DNA from: a virus
Lineage: Duplodnaviria > Caudoviricetes
Reading direction: 5' to 3' (one strand)
Virus record (IMG/VR): IMGVR_UViG_3300020045_009036
Coordinates: 1 to 44,619 of that record
Length of the DNA stretch: 44,619 bases
Numbering within the stretch: position 1 is the stretch's first letter; the number at the start of each line of letters is the position of its first letter. Shown in pieces: positions 1-8,421 of this stretch. Both the position numbers and the translations under genes were made by a program. The notes under the pieces are model-generated. The model made no database searches and was not told the origin of the DNA. It saw only the letters and a program-made list of their open reading frames with translations.

Positions 1-63
1 GATTGTTGAATATTGTTCTTCCTTTTGAAAAAACACGCTTTGTTTTAAAATAATTTACCATAA

Positions 64-309
64 TCAAACCACCTTTTTACTTTCTAATTCTTTATAACCT
101 ACACTATGGTAAATTGCACCATCATTACAATCTTTAAATTCTAAATCATAAGTCCAAATTAAATAATTACTATTCTTCATCAAGTTACAAGTAACTCCAT
201 TTTCTAAAACAAAATTACCTTCTTCAAAAGGAAGAACAATATTCAACAATCCAACAAGCAACATTCCAATCATTAACCCAATAATAACCATTCCAAAACT
301 TTCACCCAT
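64..309 (-). CDS. small membrane-anchored hypothetical protein
   Basis: N-terminal hydrophobic helix; AAAGGTGG RBS upstream. Confidence 0.7.
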   Translation of the reverse strand: MGESFGMVIIGLMIGMLLVGLLNIVLPFEEGNFVLENGVTCNLMKNSNYLIWTYDLEFKDCNDGAIYHSVGYKELESKKVV

Positions 310-312
310 AAT

Positions 313-489
313 TCAAACCACCTTTTTACTTTTCTTTTCTACTTGATATTGTTTAAAATTATACCCTGCTATAAAAGATGTTACCCAAATTACACCTGTT
401 ATTATAACATCTATTCCATGTTCAGGTTTAAACCAAAAAAACAAATAAGATATCACAAAACAAATTAAAACAATATACTTTGAATCCAT
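313..489 (-). CDS. small two-TM hypothetical protein
   Basis: ATG at 489 after the AAAGGTGG motif; two hydrophobic segments. Confidence 0.7.
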   Translation of the reverse strand: MDSKYIVLICFVISYLFFWFKPEHGIDVIITGVIWVTSFIAGYNFKQYQVEKKSKKVV

Positions 490-504
490 AATCAAACCAC
501 CTTT

Positions 505-633
505 CTACTTTATTAATCTAAACTCCTCTAATTTTAACTCAATTCTATAATCAATATACCAATCAATAGCCATCAACAAAACAAATGTTATAACTCCACC
601 AATAACACTACCAATAATAAACTCAAAACCCAT
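505..633 (-). CDS. 42-aa single-TM protein (not in ORF track)
   Basis: MGFEFIIGSVIGGVITFVLLMAIDWYIDYRIELKLEEFRLIK*, preceded by AAAGGTGGTTT. Confidence 0.6.
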   Translation of the reverse strand: MGFEFIIGSVIGGVITFVLLMAIDWYIDYRIELKLEEFRLIK

Positions 634-653
634 AATTTAAACCACCTTTTTTT

Positions 654-971
654 TTATCCTAATATTCCTTTTTTAACTTTTATAGTATAAGCACAACTTC
701 CTTTTCCTTTAGCATAAATACAATCTTTACCAATATCTGAATAACACTCTTGTACTTTGCCCCTATAATCACTAATTTCTATTCCAGTAGTACAAACTAT
801 ATCTTTAGCTTCAAAAGGAATAACACTTATAATATTAAAACTTTTAACTTCAATTATTTCCTTTTCACCAAAATCATTAAATGAACTATATAAAAATAAA
901 GTTGAAATAATAATTGTAAACAAAATTATTATAACTTTAAACCAACTCAAACCATTATCATTCTTATTCAT
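654..971 (-). CDS. membrane-anchored hypothetical protein with Cys-containing ectodomain
   Basis: Start MNKNDN overlaps the upstream stop; N-terminal TM helix. Confidence 0.65.
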   Translation of the reverse strand: MNKNDNGLSWFKVIIILFTIIISTLFLYSSFNDFGEKEIIEVKSFNIISVIPFEAKDIVCTTGIEISDYRGKVQECYSDIGKDCIYAKGKGSCAYTIKVKKGILG

Positions 972-1078
972 TATTTCACCATCTTTTTGTTTTTGCACAA
1001 ATCACAAACCTTCCTACCCTGCTCAGTAGAATACTTAACCTTCCTACACTTCTCACAACGAAAACAAAAAACCCTCAT
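971..1078 (-). CDS. 35-aa zinc-ribbon peptide (not in ORF track)
   Basis: MRVFCFRCEKCRKVKYSTEQGRKVCDLCKNKKMVK*; CxxC pairs; fills the gap with overlapping start and stop. Confidence 0.55.
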   Translation of the reverse strand: MRVFCFRCEKCRKVKYSTEQGRKVCDLCKNKKMVK

Positions 1079-1275
1079 GGTAACCAACCCCAACTAAAAA
1101 TACTAAAATCTAAAGTAGATAACATAATTCCAAACATAACTAAAAAACCCAAAATAATTAATATTAAACCCATCTTCCTTAATTCACTTGGAAAAAATAA
1201 ATACTGCAACACCATGCCTACTAAAGCAAGTATTAACCCAAAAATAAAAAATAACAAACCCAAATAAATAATCAC
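1075..1275 (-). CDS. small two-TM protein
   Basis: Two hydrophobic helices; GTGA overlap with the upstream gene. Confidence 0.65.
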   Translation of the reverse strand: MIIYLGLLFFIFGLILALVGMVLQYLFFPSELRKMGLILIILGFLVMFGIMLSTLDFSIFSWGWLP

Positions 1276-1406
1276 AGAAAATCGCCCCCAAACTCTTCAA
1301 CAAACTTATTCACAGCCTCACTCTTAACCTCCAACTTCCTCCTAACCATATAAACCCTAATCACATCATTAGACTTACCCGACAACTCAACCTGAACCTT
1401 AACCAT
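1272..1406 (-). CDS. 44-aa ribbon-helix-helix-like protein (resembles archaeal DUF2683-type proteins)
   Basis: MVKVQVELSGKSNDVIRVYMVRRKLEVKSEAVNKFVEEFGGDFL*; alternating beta strand then helices with KSEA; GGGTGG RBS. Confidence 0.5.
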   Translation of the reverse strand: MVKVQVELSGKSNDVIRVYMVRRKLEVKSEAVNKFVEEFGGDFL

Positions 1407-1579
1407 TACTTAACCACCCTTTTAATTGTACTTCTAACTTTCATGCACCCAAAACAAACCTGAGTCAAAGCATCATGAAACGTTGAATAAATTGCTTGTT
1501 GCGTATGCTTACCCTCACACTCTTGAATATGCTTTCTAACTTCTTCCTGCGTTTTACAAAACTCATACTCCAAATTCAT
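1406..1579 (-). CDS. 57-aa hypothetical protein (not in ORF track)
   Basis: MNLEYEFCKTQEEVRKHIQECEGKH...VCFGCMKVRSTIKRVVK*; overlaps both neighbours. Confidence 0.55.
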   Translation of the reverse strand: MNLEYEFCKTQEEVRKHIQECEGKHTQQAIYSTFHDALTQVCFGCMKVRSTIKRVVK

Positions 1580-2235
1580 AATCTCGCCTCAATCATTTTT
1601 TTACTAATTCCTGTTATACTCTGAAATATTTTATAATCAAAGTTTGGTAATTTGATTGTGTTTTGAATTTCGCTTTGACTTGCTGTTGCAAAACTATTTT
1701 TCCAACTCTTTTTATAATTTTTTTCTAATTCAAAATAAAAATATTGTGGAAAAACAATTTTATCATAATCTGTTTTCAAAATTTCTTTATCAAACAAATA
1801 AACCTTTTCAGCATCTTTTACATTAAAAGCACCAGCATGATATGAACCTGTGTTCCAGTCACCTGTGTTGCTGTCACCTGTGTTGCTGTAACCTGTGTTT
1901 CTGTAACCTGTGTTCAAATCATTTTTATAAACAGGAACAAACTCCTTAACAATCTTCAAACTAGAACAAACTGCTTTTTCACACACCCCTGCCAAAACCT
2001 CTTCCTCAATTAAATCTTTTACTTCAACTTCAAAAATCCTATTAGTAGAATCATTCACAAACATATTCCAATACCGAGTAACATGATAACCAGTTGAACA
2101 AATCTTTTTATCCTTAATCACAGGCGTCCAATTTTTTCCATCAACAAAAGGAACATAATCAAAACTACCCCCATCTTTTGCTTTCAAATCTTTACTTAAA
2201 ACTTTAAACCACTTATCCACTATTTCAACTCCCAT
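1576..2235 (-). CDS. viral protein with NTGxx pentapeptide repeats
   Basis: CSTGYH N-terminal motif, NTGYRNTGYSNTGDSNTGDWNTG (15-bp DNA repeats at about 1846-1915), C-terminal LPNFD..IF..ITGI; an architecture common in phage proteins. Confidence 0.75.
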   Translation of the reverse strand: MGVEIVDKWFKVLSKDLKAKDGGSFDYVPFVDGKNWTPVIKDKKICSTGYHVTRYWNMFVNDSTNRIFEVEVKDLIEEEVLAGVCEKAVCSSLKIVKEFVPVYKNDLNTGYRNTGYSNTGDSNTGDWNTGSYHAGAFNVKDAEKVYLFDKEILKTDYDKIVFPQYFYFELEKNYKKSWKNSFATASQSEIQNTIKLPNFDYKIFQSITGISKKMIEARL

Positions 2236-2366
2236 TTTTCTTCTAACAAAACTTCCAAAGCCAACAACTCTATACCAGAATACTTAGGCTCTGATCTAAC
2301 TTCTCTATCTTCCATTTCACCAAACCAAGCCGCTGATGATTTAGCTGGGGGTCACACTTTTTGTTC

Positions 2367-2594
2367 TTATGACACATCAACACTTGATATACCTGACGAC
2401 ATTGGCGAATGGGATTGCTTGAGATAATCCATAATCGTTTCTGCCAAATGGTTAGCACTTTCAGAATTCAACGCAAGGCGAATGACATTACCGTCATCTA
2501 AGTTAAAGCCCACGCCGATGGTGTCATCTTCCACGTTATAGCGTGTGGTGTTTCGCCACGATGCTTTTGCAAAACTTGCTGGTAATGTCACCAC
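2367..2594 (-). CDS. hypothetical phage protein downstream of cro
   Basis: 75-aa ORF in the cro operon direction. Confidence 0.55.
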   Translation of the reverse strand: MVTLPASFAKASWRNTTRYNVEDDTIGVGFNLDDGNVIRLALNSESANHLAETIMDYLKQSHSPMSSGISSVDVS

Positions 2595-2627
2595 TTCAAC
2601 TCCTACTCAAAAACCTGTGCAATCAAT

Positions 2628-2840
2628 TCAATTTTTTTCAAAAGCTAAGGCACAAAACTCTAGCGGACTAAGTCCTAATGCTTCAGCCGCTTTTGGTACA
2701 AGCCCAAAAGGCATATCAACGCCGTTATTGTTGTTAATCCAAAACCAAACGTTTTGTGGCTTCTTACCCAATACAGCCGCAGCTTTTGATTGATTGCCAT
2801 TTATTTCAGGGTGATTAACTAAAACTTCTATCGCTTTCAT
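2628..2840 (-). CDS. cro: Cro-like HTH protein
   Basis: GNQSKAAAVLGKKPQNVWFWIN HTH; divergent from the repressor; likely start MKAIEV. Confidence 0.8.
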   Translation of the reverse strand: MKAIEVLVNHPEINGNQSKAAAVLGKKPQNVWFWINNNNGVDMPFGLVPKAAEALGLSPLEFCALAFEKN

Positions 2841-2869
2841 ATTGCCTCTATAACAAAGTGGCGCAATTC

Positions 2870-2941
2870 TACAAAACAATTTTAATTGCCGTCAAAATAT
2901 ATTTGTATAAGTTATTGTAATAACTACAAATATATTTGTAG
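2870..2941. promoter_or_regulatory. OR-like operator region
   Basis: Perfect 18-bp palindrome CTACAAATATATTTGTAG (2924-2941) plus degenerate copies (CAAAATATATTTGTA, CTACAAAACAATTT) between the divergent HTH genes. Confidence 0.75.
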
Positions 2942-2994
2942 ATTGCACATAAAAGAGTGTATAAATGCCATGAAACCTACAAAGAGGGGGCGTT

Positions 2995-3387
2995 ATGAAT
3001 ACATTTAAAGATAGATTAAATATAGCGATTGAATACGCAGAGACTGACCAAAGCAAACTTGCTAAGGCAATCGGCGTTACACCGCAAAGCATTCAATACT
3101 TATGCAAAAAGGGTTCTGCATCTAAGCACTTGAATCAAATTGCTAATGTATTGAAGGTAAATCCTGATTGGTTAGCAGAAGGTGTTGGCGATATGCCAGC
3201 CCGTGACAAGCAAGCACCGCCGATTATCGACTTGAAAGAATGGCAAGGATTGAATCCTAAGTTGCGAGCGTTTGTTGAAGATACGATTGATAAATATAAA
3301 AGCAATAAAATCACAACTAATGACATAACATTTTTGCATTTAATGGCAGATAAATTTAGCGCAAGCAACGAACACGCTCACGCATAA
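2995..3387 (+). CDS. cI: CI-like XRE repressor lacking a recognisable S24 peptidase domain
   Basis: DRLNIA...QSKLAKAIGVTPQSIQ...IANVLKVNPDWLAEGVG, a typical HTH_3 domain; only 130 aa. Confidence 0.85.
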   Translation: MNTFKDRLNIAIEYAETDQSKLAKAIGVTPQSIQYLCKKGSASKHLNQIANVLKVNPDWLAEGVGDMPARDKQAPPIIDLKEWQGLNPKLRAFVEDTIDKYKSNKITTNDITFLHLMADKFSASNEHAHA

Positions 3388-3410
3388 AAGAATCCGCAAT
3401 CAATACAAAT

Positions 3411-3436
3411 AACCCACCTAAGACGTGGGTTTTTTT
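3411..3436 (+). terminator. intrinsic terminator after cI
   Basis: AACCCAC-ctaagac-GTGGGTT followed by a T run. Confidence 0.75.
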
Positions 3437-3446
3437 ATGCTTGTTA

Positions 3447-3486
3447 CTACAAATTATTTTGTAGACATTGTTTAAATAGTTTTGTA
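3447..3486. promoter_or_regulatory. OL-like operators and pL-like promoter
   Basis: CTACAAATTATTTTGTAG (3447-3464) and TTTAAATAGTTTTGTA match the OR palindrome; TAGACA...TATTAT promoter-like boxes overlap them. Confidence 0.7.
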
Positions 3487-3590
3487 TTATCCGCCCCGAC
3501 TTGCAAACTTGCAGGCGTAAAACACCCAGCGTAAATTCATCACACTTGTCATTGCGCTGGGACTTTTAAGTTTAAAAGGGGGATAAGACA

Positions 3591-3770
3591 ATGCCACTTC
3601 AAAAATTCGCGGTTCAAATTCATCCAGCACAACAACCCATCCGTGTTGATGCTTCAACTATCGAAAAAGCGCGAGAAATTGCACAAGATTTTTTCGGTTC
3701 AATTCACGATGCGTACCAGTTATTCGACTGGGTTGAATCGCCTGCCATGCTTTCTGAAGTGAACGGGTGA
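3591..3770 (+). CDS. 59-aa hypothetical protein (not in ORF track)
   Basis: MPLQKFAVQIHPAQQPIRVDAST...; GGGGGA RBS. Confidence 0.65.
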   Translation: MPLQKFAVQIHPAQQPIRVDASTIEKAREIAQDFFGSIHDAYQLFDWVESPAMLSEVNG

Positions 3771-3773
3771 TTT

Positions 3774-3992
3774 ATGAACAAAACAGATAAAGGTTTCTTA
3801 ATGGACATCGTTATGAATATGGACGAGCCATTTACCGCAGAAGAAGTCAAACAAACCGCGCTTGATAATTACGGGCTGTATTACGACGTGCGTGAAGTTG
3901 AAAGCGTGATTGCTGAATTGACAGCGTTGGAATGTGTTGAATTTGACCGTTGCGACAAAACGGCTGATTTATTTGCTGGGGTGGCGGCATGA
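3774..3992 (+). CDS. small acidic hypothetical protein, possibly winged-helix
   Basis: Operon position; ATGA overlap with the next gene. Confidence 0.65.
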   Translation: MNKTDKGFLMDIVMNMDEPFTAEEVKQTALDNYGLYYDVREVESVIAELTALECVEFDRCDKTADLFAGVAA

Positions 3993-4318
3993 ACGAATTG
4001 GAAAATTTAAGGCAGGAAAACGAAATCTTGCGTGGAATTTTAAACATTCCAAAAGTTGATAACGATGCTACTGCATTTCCATTTTGGCTAATCATAATTC
4101 CTAAACAAATCATGAAGAAGGATATTGATGCACTTGCATATTGCATCGTGGGGTTGTTTTTTAGCCGTGAATCAGCACAACAACATCTTGATGCTAGACG
4201 TTATGAATATGGTGATGATGCCCGTGTTTATTGCCACAGCGGTCACTATTCAAATGAATATAAGCAACTTGTGAAAAATGCTAACTCATATCATGGGGAT
4301 AATTCTAATGTGCTTTAA
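3989..4318 (+). CDS. hypothetical phage protein
   Basis: F(F)SRESAQQHLDARRYEYG..ARVYCHSGH motif typical of phage early genes. Confidence 0.65.
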   Translation: MNELENLRQENEILRGILNIPKVDNDATAFPFWLIIIPKQIMKKDIDALAYCIVGLFFSRESAQQHLDARRYEYGDDARVYCHSGHYSNEYKQLVKNANSYHGDNSNVL

Positions 4319-5084
4319 CTCAACAAAATGGGCAATCGCTCAAAAAATACCCGCAATGCAAAAAATGGTGTTAGTCGTTTTGGCTGACCATGAAAACACC
4401 GACACGGGTTTATGTTTTCCTTCGGTTCGTTTGCTTGCCGAAGAATGCGGAATGTCAGAACGCAGTGTTTCAAATCAAATTGCTAGATTATCGGCGGCAG
4501 GTTTGATTTCAATCGAGCGTTTCAACCACACAACCAACCGTTACATTCTCAACAAACCAGATGCACCTGTTGCAAAAGCAGATGCACGTCGTTCCGAACC
4601 CGATGCAAATCGTGCATCTAAACCAATAAATAACCAACAAATTAACCAAAAAGAATTTATTACTACCGCACGAGAAGAAATTTTGAGTGATTTTGTAGCA
4701 GAGCCAAAACCCACTTTAACGATTGCTGATTTAACGATTGAGCAAAAAGAGTGCTACGACTGGGCGGCTAATCACAAAAATTACTGGTACACAGCAACGA
4801 CTTCAATCGAAACGTTTTTAGCGGTTTTAAACAAAAACACGCAACAAGGGTTAGCGTTCCAATACGCTGAACACAAAAAAGCCCGCGAAACTTGGACAGT
4901 CAACGGGCTTAATTCTGAAGATTCTTTTAACAAACAATCAGGTGGCAATTATGAAACACGCAAGCAATTTAATCAACCTTCAAAACTTTCAGCATCCGAC
5001 GCAATCAACGAAGGTTGCCAACAATACCTTGATGACTGGAAATCAAGAGCAAACATCAACAATGGATTCACAACAATTATGTGA
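4308..5084 (+). CDS. O-like replication initiator with N-terminal HTH_36-type domain
   Basis: KMVLVVLAD...CFPSVRLLAEECGMSERSV...L...GLI...TNRYIL; internal iteron-like repeats. Confidence 0.75.
   Translation: MCFNSTKWAIAQKIPAMQKMVLVVLADHENTDTGLCFPSVRLLAEECGMSERSVSNQIARLSAAGLISIERFNHTTNRYILNKPDAPVAKADARRSEPDANRASKPINNQQINQKEFITTAREEILSDFVAEPKPTLTIADLTIEQKECYDWAANHKNYWYTATTSIETFLAVLNKNTQQGLAFQYAEHKKARETWTVNGLNSEDSFNKQSGGNYETRKQFNQPSKLSASDAINEGCQQYLDDWKSRANINNGFTTIM
4558..4620 (+). repeat. iteron-like GATGCA repeats inside the initiator gene (candidate lambda-type ori)
   Basis: CAGATGCACC, CAGATGCACG, CGATGCAAAT and an inverted GTGCATCT, followed by an A-rich tract. Confidence 0.5.
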
Positions 5085-5436
5085 CCCAACCAATGCAGTT
5101 TTTGTTTGGGTGAAAATGGGGGAAATCTTTGGTAGCACATGGAAGGCTTCATTCGGTACAACACCAAATTCAATGTGGGTTGAACAGCTATCAAAACTTA
5201 CTGATGTCGATATTAGGCGTGGATTCAACAAAATGTTTCGTGATGATTCAGATTATCCACCCAATTTGAAAAAGTTTTTAGATTTTTGTAAGCCTGATGT
5301 TGTTGAAGATTTTAAAAAACAAGAACGCGATACGCAGTTATATCTCGAAAAATGCAGAACTGTTAAAAATTCAGATTCAGTAAAAAAAGAACACTTAAGA
5401 ATTATGCACGCATTGGTTGGAATTAAGGAGAAGTGA
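5062..5436 (+). CDS. replication protein P-like (helicase loader-like)
   Basis: W.KM..IFGSTW...FG....MW...L..LT...IRRG......YPPNL..F...C pattern directly after the initiator. Confidence 0.6.
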   Translation: MDSQQLCDPTNAVFVWVKMGEIFGSTWKASFGTTPNSMWVEQLSKLTDVDIRRGFNKMFRDDSDYPPNLKKFLDFCKPDVVEDFKKQERDTQLYLEKCRTVKNSDSVKKEHLRIMHALVGIKEK

Positions 5437-5437
5437 A

Positions 5438-5737
5438 ATGTACGAAAATTTTGATGTTGAAGAAATAGTAAAAAATTACAACGGTTGGACAATCCGTAGA
5501 GCTTTTAAAGTATGGATATTTTTCGTTGAAGCCTTTGGAAAATCATTTGCTAAAACTTACGGCGTTGAGTCATACAGAGAATGGCTGAAAGTTATCGATA
5601 AATTAAGTGATGATGAGGTTTCTTATGGTCTTGACCGTATTTTAAATGCTAATACGCCACACGTCCCAACGATTCAAGAATTTACATCTTATTGCAAAGA
5701 AGATGGTAATCCTGAATTGGTTTGGAAACGTCACTAG
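5438..5737 (+). CDS. second P-like paralogue
   Basis: W....EAFGKSF...YG....EW...LSDDEVSYGL......PTIQEF..YC aligns by eye with the upstream ORF. Confidence 0.55.
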   Translation: MYENFDVEEIVKNYNGWTIRRAFKVWIFFVEAFGKSFAKTYGVESYREWLKVIDKLSDDEVSYGLDRILNANTPHVPTIQEFTSYCKEDGNPELVWKRH

Positions 5738-5745
5738 GAGGAATC

Positions 5746-6771
5746 ATGAGCAATCAATTAAGCATTATTCAAACACAAAGCAGTTTTTTCATTCCAACGT
5801 TGCAAACGTTTTCAAACATGATTGTGGCGAGTGCCGATGACGGCGTGGAAGTTTCACTGGTTGACTTTGAAACCGTTGAAAACATCGACAACGCTTTAGT
5901 TGCCGCACACGGTTTAAGCCGTTCATGTTTGTATTGGATGCGTGAGAAAAAAGGCTATTTGATTTTAGGTTTTGAAAGTTTTGAAAAGTACGGTGAAGCG
6001 CGATTCGGATTTTCACGCCAACACTTGAACCGTTTAGCAGATGCCCACGCAATTCAAAATGTAATTGAACCAATTGGTGCAAACTCAAAAGAAATCAAAG
6101 AATCGGTATTGCGCCCACTAACAACTGTTTCAGACGATGTGAAAAAACAAATTTGGGACGAAGCCACTGCCAAAGCCGAATCTGAAAATAAAAAAGTGAC
6201 CGCGAAAATGATTGAAGAAGCCGTGGCTCGTCACAAACTCGAAAATGAAACTTTGCAGCACGAATTGATTTGCGCGAATAAAAAACTCGCCAGCGTTCAA
6301 TCGATTGATGTTGAATCAATTATCGAATCAAAAGTGAAAGAAGTCGAATCCGAAATGCAAGCGCGATTCGATTCTGTTCAAGACAAATTGTCGAAAGCGA
6401 TTAACGATAAAGTGAAACTTGAAAACCAAATCAAAGACGCTGGCACAAGCGACGTTGAAGCAGCAAAAGCAGAGCTTGAAAAATTGAATCGTGAAATCGA
6501 AGCCCAACAAGCACGAAAAGACGAATTGAATTACCAACTCGAACAAACTTATAACGATCGTAATGCAAATGAAGAAATTAACACCAACTGCGAAACCTTG
6601 CGTGAACAAATGGCGTTGGTCATGGCGCAACTTCACGGCGTGAAAGGCGTGGCTAAAAACTTATACGAAGAAACCAACGCGCAAATTCACGGCACAGCAG
6701 AAATGCTTGAACAATTCGCGGAACAGTTACGGCATTTTGCGACTGACAACGCAGAATTTTCAATGATTTAA
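5746..6771 (+). CDS. HTH DNA-binding protein (DUF3102/KorB-like region) with long C-terminal coiled coil
   Basis: AGGAGG RBS; GFESFEKYGEARFGFSRQHLNRL HTH, KESVLRPL, VTAKMIEEAV, then heptad-rich E/K/Q region. Confidence 0.65.
   Translation: MSNQLSIIQTQSSFFIPTLQTFSNMIVASADDGVEVSLVDFETVENIDNALVAAHGLSRSCLYWMREKKGYLILGFESFEKYGEARFGFSRQHLNRLADAHAIQNVIEPIGANSKEIKESVLRPLTTVSDDVKKQIWDEATAKAESENKKVTAKMIEEAVARHKLENETLQHELICANKKLASVQSIDVESIIESKVKEVESEMQARFDSVQDKLSKAINDKVKLENQIKDAGTSDVEAAKAELEKLNREIEAQQARKDELNYQLEQTYNDRNANEEINTNCETLREQMALVMAQLHGVKGVAKNLYEETNAQIHGTAEMLEQFAEQLRHFATDNAEFSMI
6066..6081 (+). repeat. 16-bp quasi-palindrome copy 1 (TGAACCAATTGGTGCA)
   Basis: Exact match to the copies at 37141, 38849 and 40976; encodes EPIGA. 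Confidence 0.9.
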
Positions 6772-6780
6772 AAAAATCCG

Positions 6781-6807
6781 CTGCGAGCATTTTTGCTCGC
6801 AGTTTTT
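6781..6807 (+). terminator. intrinsic terminator
   Basis: CTGCGAGCA-tttt-TGCTCGCAG followed by TTTTT. Confidence 0.7.
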
Positions 6808-6827
6808 CAACACAAAGCGAGATAAAA

Positions 6828-7499
6828 ATGAGTAATCAAACAGGTATCAAAAAACAGATTTTAAAAGAATTGGCAAAAAACAAATCAGGATTAACCAATT
6901 TTGAGCTTTCTGAAAAATTAGGTTTAACGCGGGGGCAGGTTAGTGATTCGTTGCGTGAATCATCCGTCACCAATTATGTGACCAAGGGCGAAAATTTAGG
7001 GGCGGAAGGAATCAATTACACTATTTCAAATTCGGGTTTAGCGTACTTAAAAAGAAACGGTGAAAAAAGTCCTTTAGCACAAGCTGAAAAAACACCTGTT
7101 GAAACGGTTGAAGCCGCGCCGATTGTGGTAGAAAGCGTTTTACCTCAAATCGAAAATGAACCAGTTATTAAAGAATCTTTAACAACTGAAATTGAAAATG
7201 TTGCAAGTCGTATGAATCCAATTCAAGAAAGCGCGTTGCATGATTTTGAAAAGCATCTTGATGTTAAAAATAACGTCCCAGGAAACGTTTTGTTGAATCC
7301 TGAATTGTTTGAATTAGTAAAAACAATCGATGAAAACAACGCGAGAATTTATGAATTATTCACTAAAAAACCAAAGAAAATTATTTTTAATCGTGAAAAC
7401 AAAATCAATGAATTGCATAAACTTTGCGGGTCAGGGGTTTTGAATAACAGCACGGTTGTGATTTTGAATGAAATTATTGGCGATTTACAGGTGGCATGA
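6828..7499 (+). CDS. protein with N-terminal winged-helix domain
   Basis: ILKELAKNKSGLTNFELSEKLGLTRGQVSDSL...YTISNSGLAYL. Confidence 0.6.
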   Translation: MSNQTGIKKQILKELAKNKSGLTNFELSEKLGLTRGQVSDSLRESSVTNYVTKGENLGAEGINYTISNSGLAYLKRNGEKSPLAQAEKTPVETVEAAPIVVESVLPQIENEPVIKESLTTEIENVASRMNPIQESALHDFEKHLDVKNNVPGNVLLNPELFELVKTIDENNARIYELFTKKPKKIIFNRENKINELHKLCGSGVLNNSTVVILNEIIGDLQVA

Positions 7500-7738
7500 T
7501 GAACACAGCCGAAGACTTAAAAAAAGAATTCGGCAGGTTTCCAAAACTTGCCGATGTTGCGAAAGTGTTTTTGGGGATTGAAGATGCAGTTACCCTTTCG
7601 CGTTTAGCAGGAAGTGGAAAATTGCCCTTCCCTGCTTTTCGTGTCGGAAGTGAAAAATCACCGTGGATTGTTGATGTGAAATACTTAGCGGAATTTATCG
7701 ACAAAAGGTCGATTGAAGCAAAACAATCGACAAGGTAA
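7496..7738 (+). CDS. PrtN-family DNA-binding protein, candidate excisionase/RDF
   Basis: MNTAEDL..EFG..PKL.DV...FLG......GKLPFPAFR.GSEKSPW.V....LAEFIDKR. Confidence 0.75.
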   Translation: MMNTAEDLKKEFGRFPKLADVAKVFLGIEDAVTLSRLAGSGKLPFPAFRVGSEKSPWIVDVKYLAEFIDKRSIEAKQSTR

Positions 7739-7794
7739 AAAATAATTTTCATAATTACAGCCCGCGCTGTACCTATGTTCTATGTGTTATTTTG

Positions 7795-7854
7795 TTTGTA
7801 TATACAAATATATTTTTATGATTGTATTTACAAACACAAAATAACCATTATAAT
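7795..7854 (+). promoter_or_regulatory. sigma70-like promoter of the moron, with an operator-like site
   Basis: TTTACA (7827)-16 bp-TATAAT (7849); TACAAATATATTTTTA (7803-7818); palindromes TTTGTATATACAAA and TTGTATTTACAA. Confidence 0.55.
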
Positions 7855-7912
7855 AGCCACAACTTCAAAAGAAGTTGCCGCCCGCTGAGGTTACAGCGAA
7901 GAGGATAAGAAA

Positions 7913-8362
7913 ATGTCACAATTCACGTTTAGTCATTCTAAAAACCCAGTTTTAGAATCAAATACATTCACCACCTTCCCACAAACATCTTTCTTAGATG
8001 CAAAAGAAAACGCTAAAAAAGCTGTTGATGCTTTTTTGAATGGCGAGTATTTCTGCACAGAAAGCAAAAACATTTCTGCATCAAGCGGTTATTACGGATT
8101 CCGTACATTAAGCATTCGCGGCGAAACATTTGCATCTTTAAACACAAGCACAAACGCGATTTTGGTTTATGGTGCAGGCTCTTATGCTAATCCTTTTTCA
8201 ACAGAAATTTTAAAAGAACTTAAAAAAGTCGTTGCACCAGTGAAAGTTGACCGTGCAAAAGTGATGCGTCGCGCTTGGGAAATTGCAAAAGCAAACGAAT
8301 TAAAATGGGGAAATAAATATTTTTCACAGTCTTTAAAGCAAGCATGGGCTGAATTGAGATAA
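7913..8362 (+). CDS. hypothetical protein (moron)
   Basis: GAGGATAAGAAAATG start; C-terminal VMRRAWEIAK...FSQSLKQAWAE motif common in phage ORFs. Confidence 0.7.
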   Translation: MSQFTFSHSKNPVLESNTFTTFPQTSFLDAKENAKKAVDAFLNGEYFCTESKNISASSGYYGFRTLSIRGETFASLNTSTNAILVYGAGSYANPFSTEILKELKKVVAPVKVDRAKVMRRAWEIAKANELKWGNKYFSQSLKQAWAELR

Positions 8363-8421
8363 AAATTTCAAGAGTTCCCGTAAGGTCTCTTGAAAACCTT
8401 GCATCTTTTGAGGATAAGAAA

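Larger units (their letters stand above)
59..657 (-). repeat. recurrent stop/RBS cassette AAAGGTGGTTT(G/A)A..ATG
   Basis: Plus-strand AAACCACCTTT at about 67, 316, 494 and 639; two ORFs end in identical SKKVV*. Confidence 0.75.
1..2315 (-). mobile_element. AT-rich block of small ORFs, probably from an unrelated (archaeal-type) virus or MGE joined to the phage
   Basis: Much lower GC and strong strand skew versus the rest of the window. Tightly packed minus-strand ORFs are preceded by AAAGGTGGTT. The last ORF (..EMEDREVRSEPKYSGIELLALEVLLEEKWELK*) appears cut at about 2315-2350. Confidence 0.6.

Noticed and set aside
1-251. 29-bp perfect inverted repeat (1-29 versus 223-251)
   Set aside because: It sits exactly at the sequence end and copies the interior of a gene; most likely a fold-back or template-switch artefact rather than a terminal repeat.
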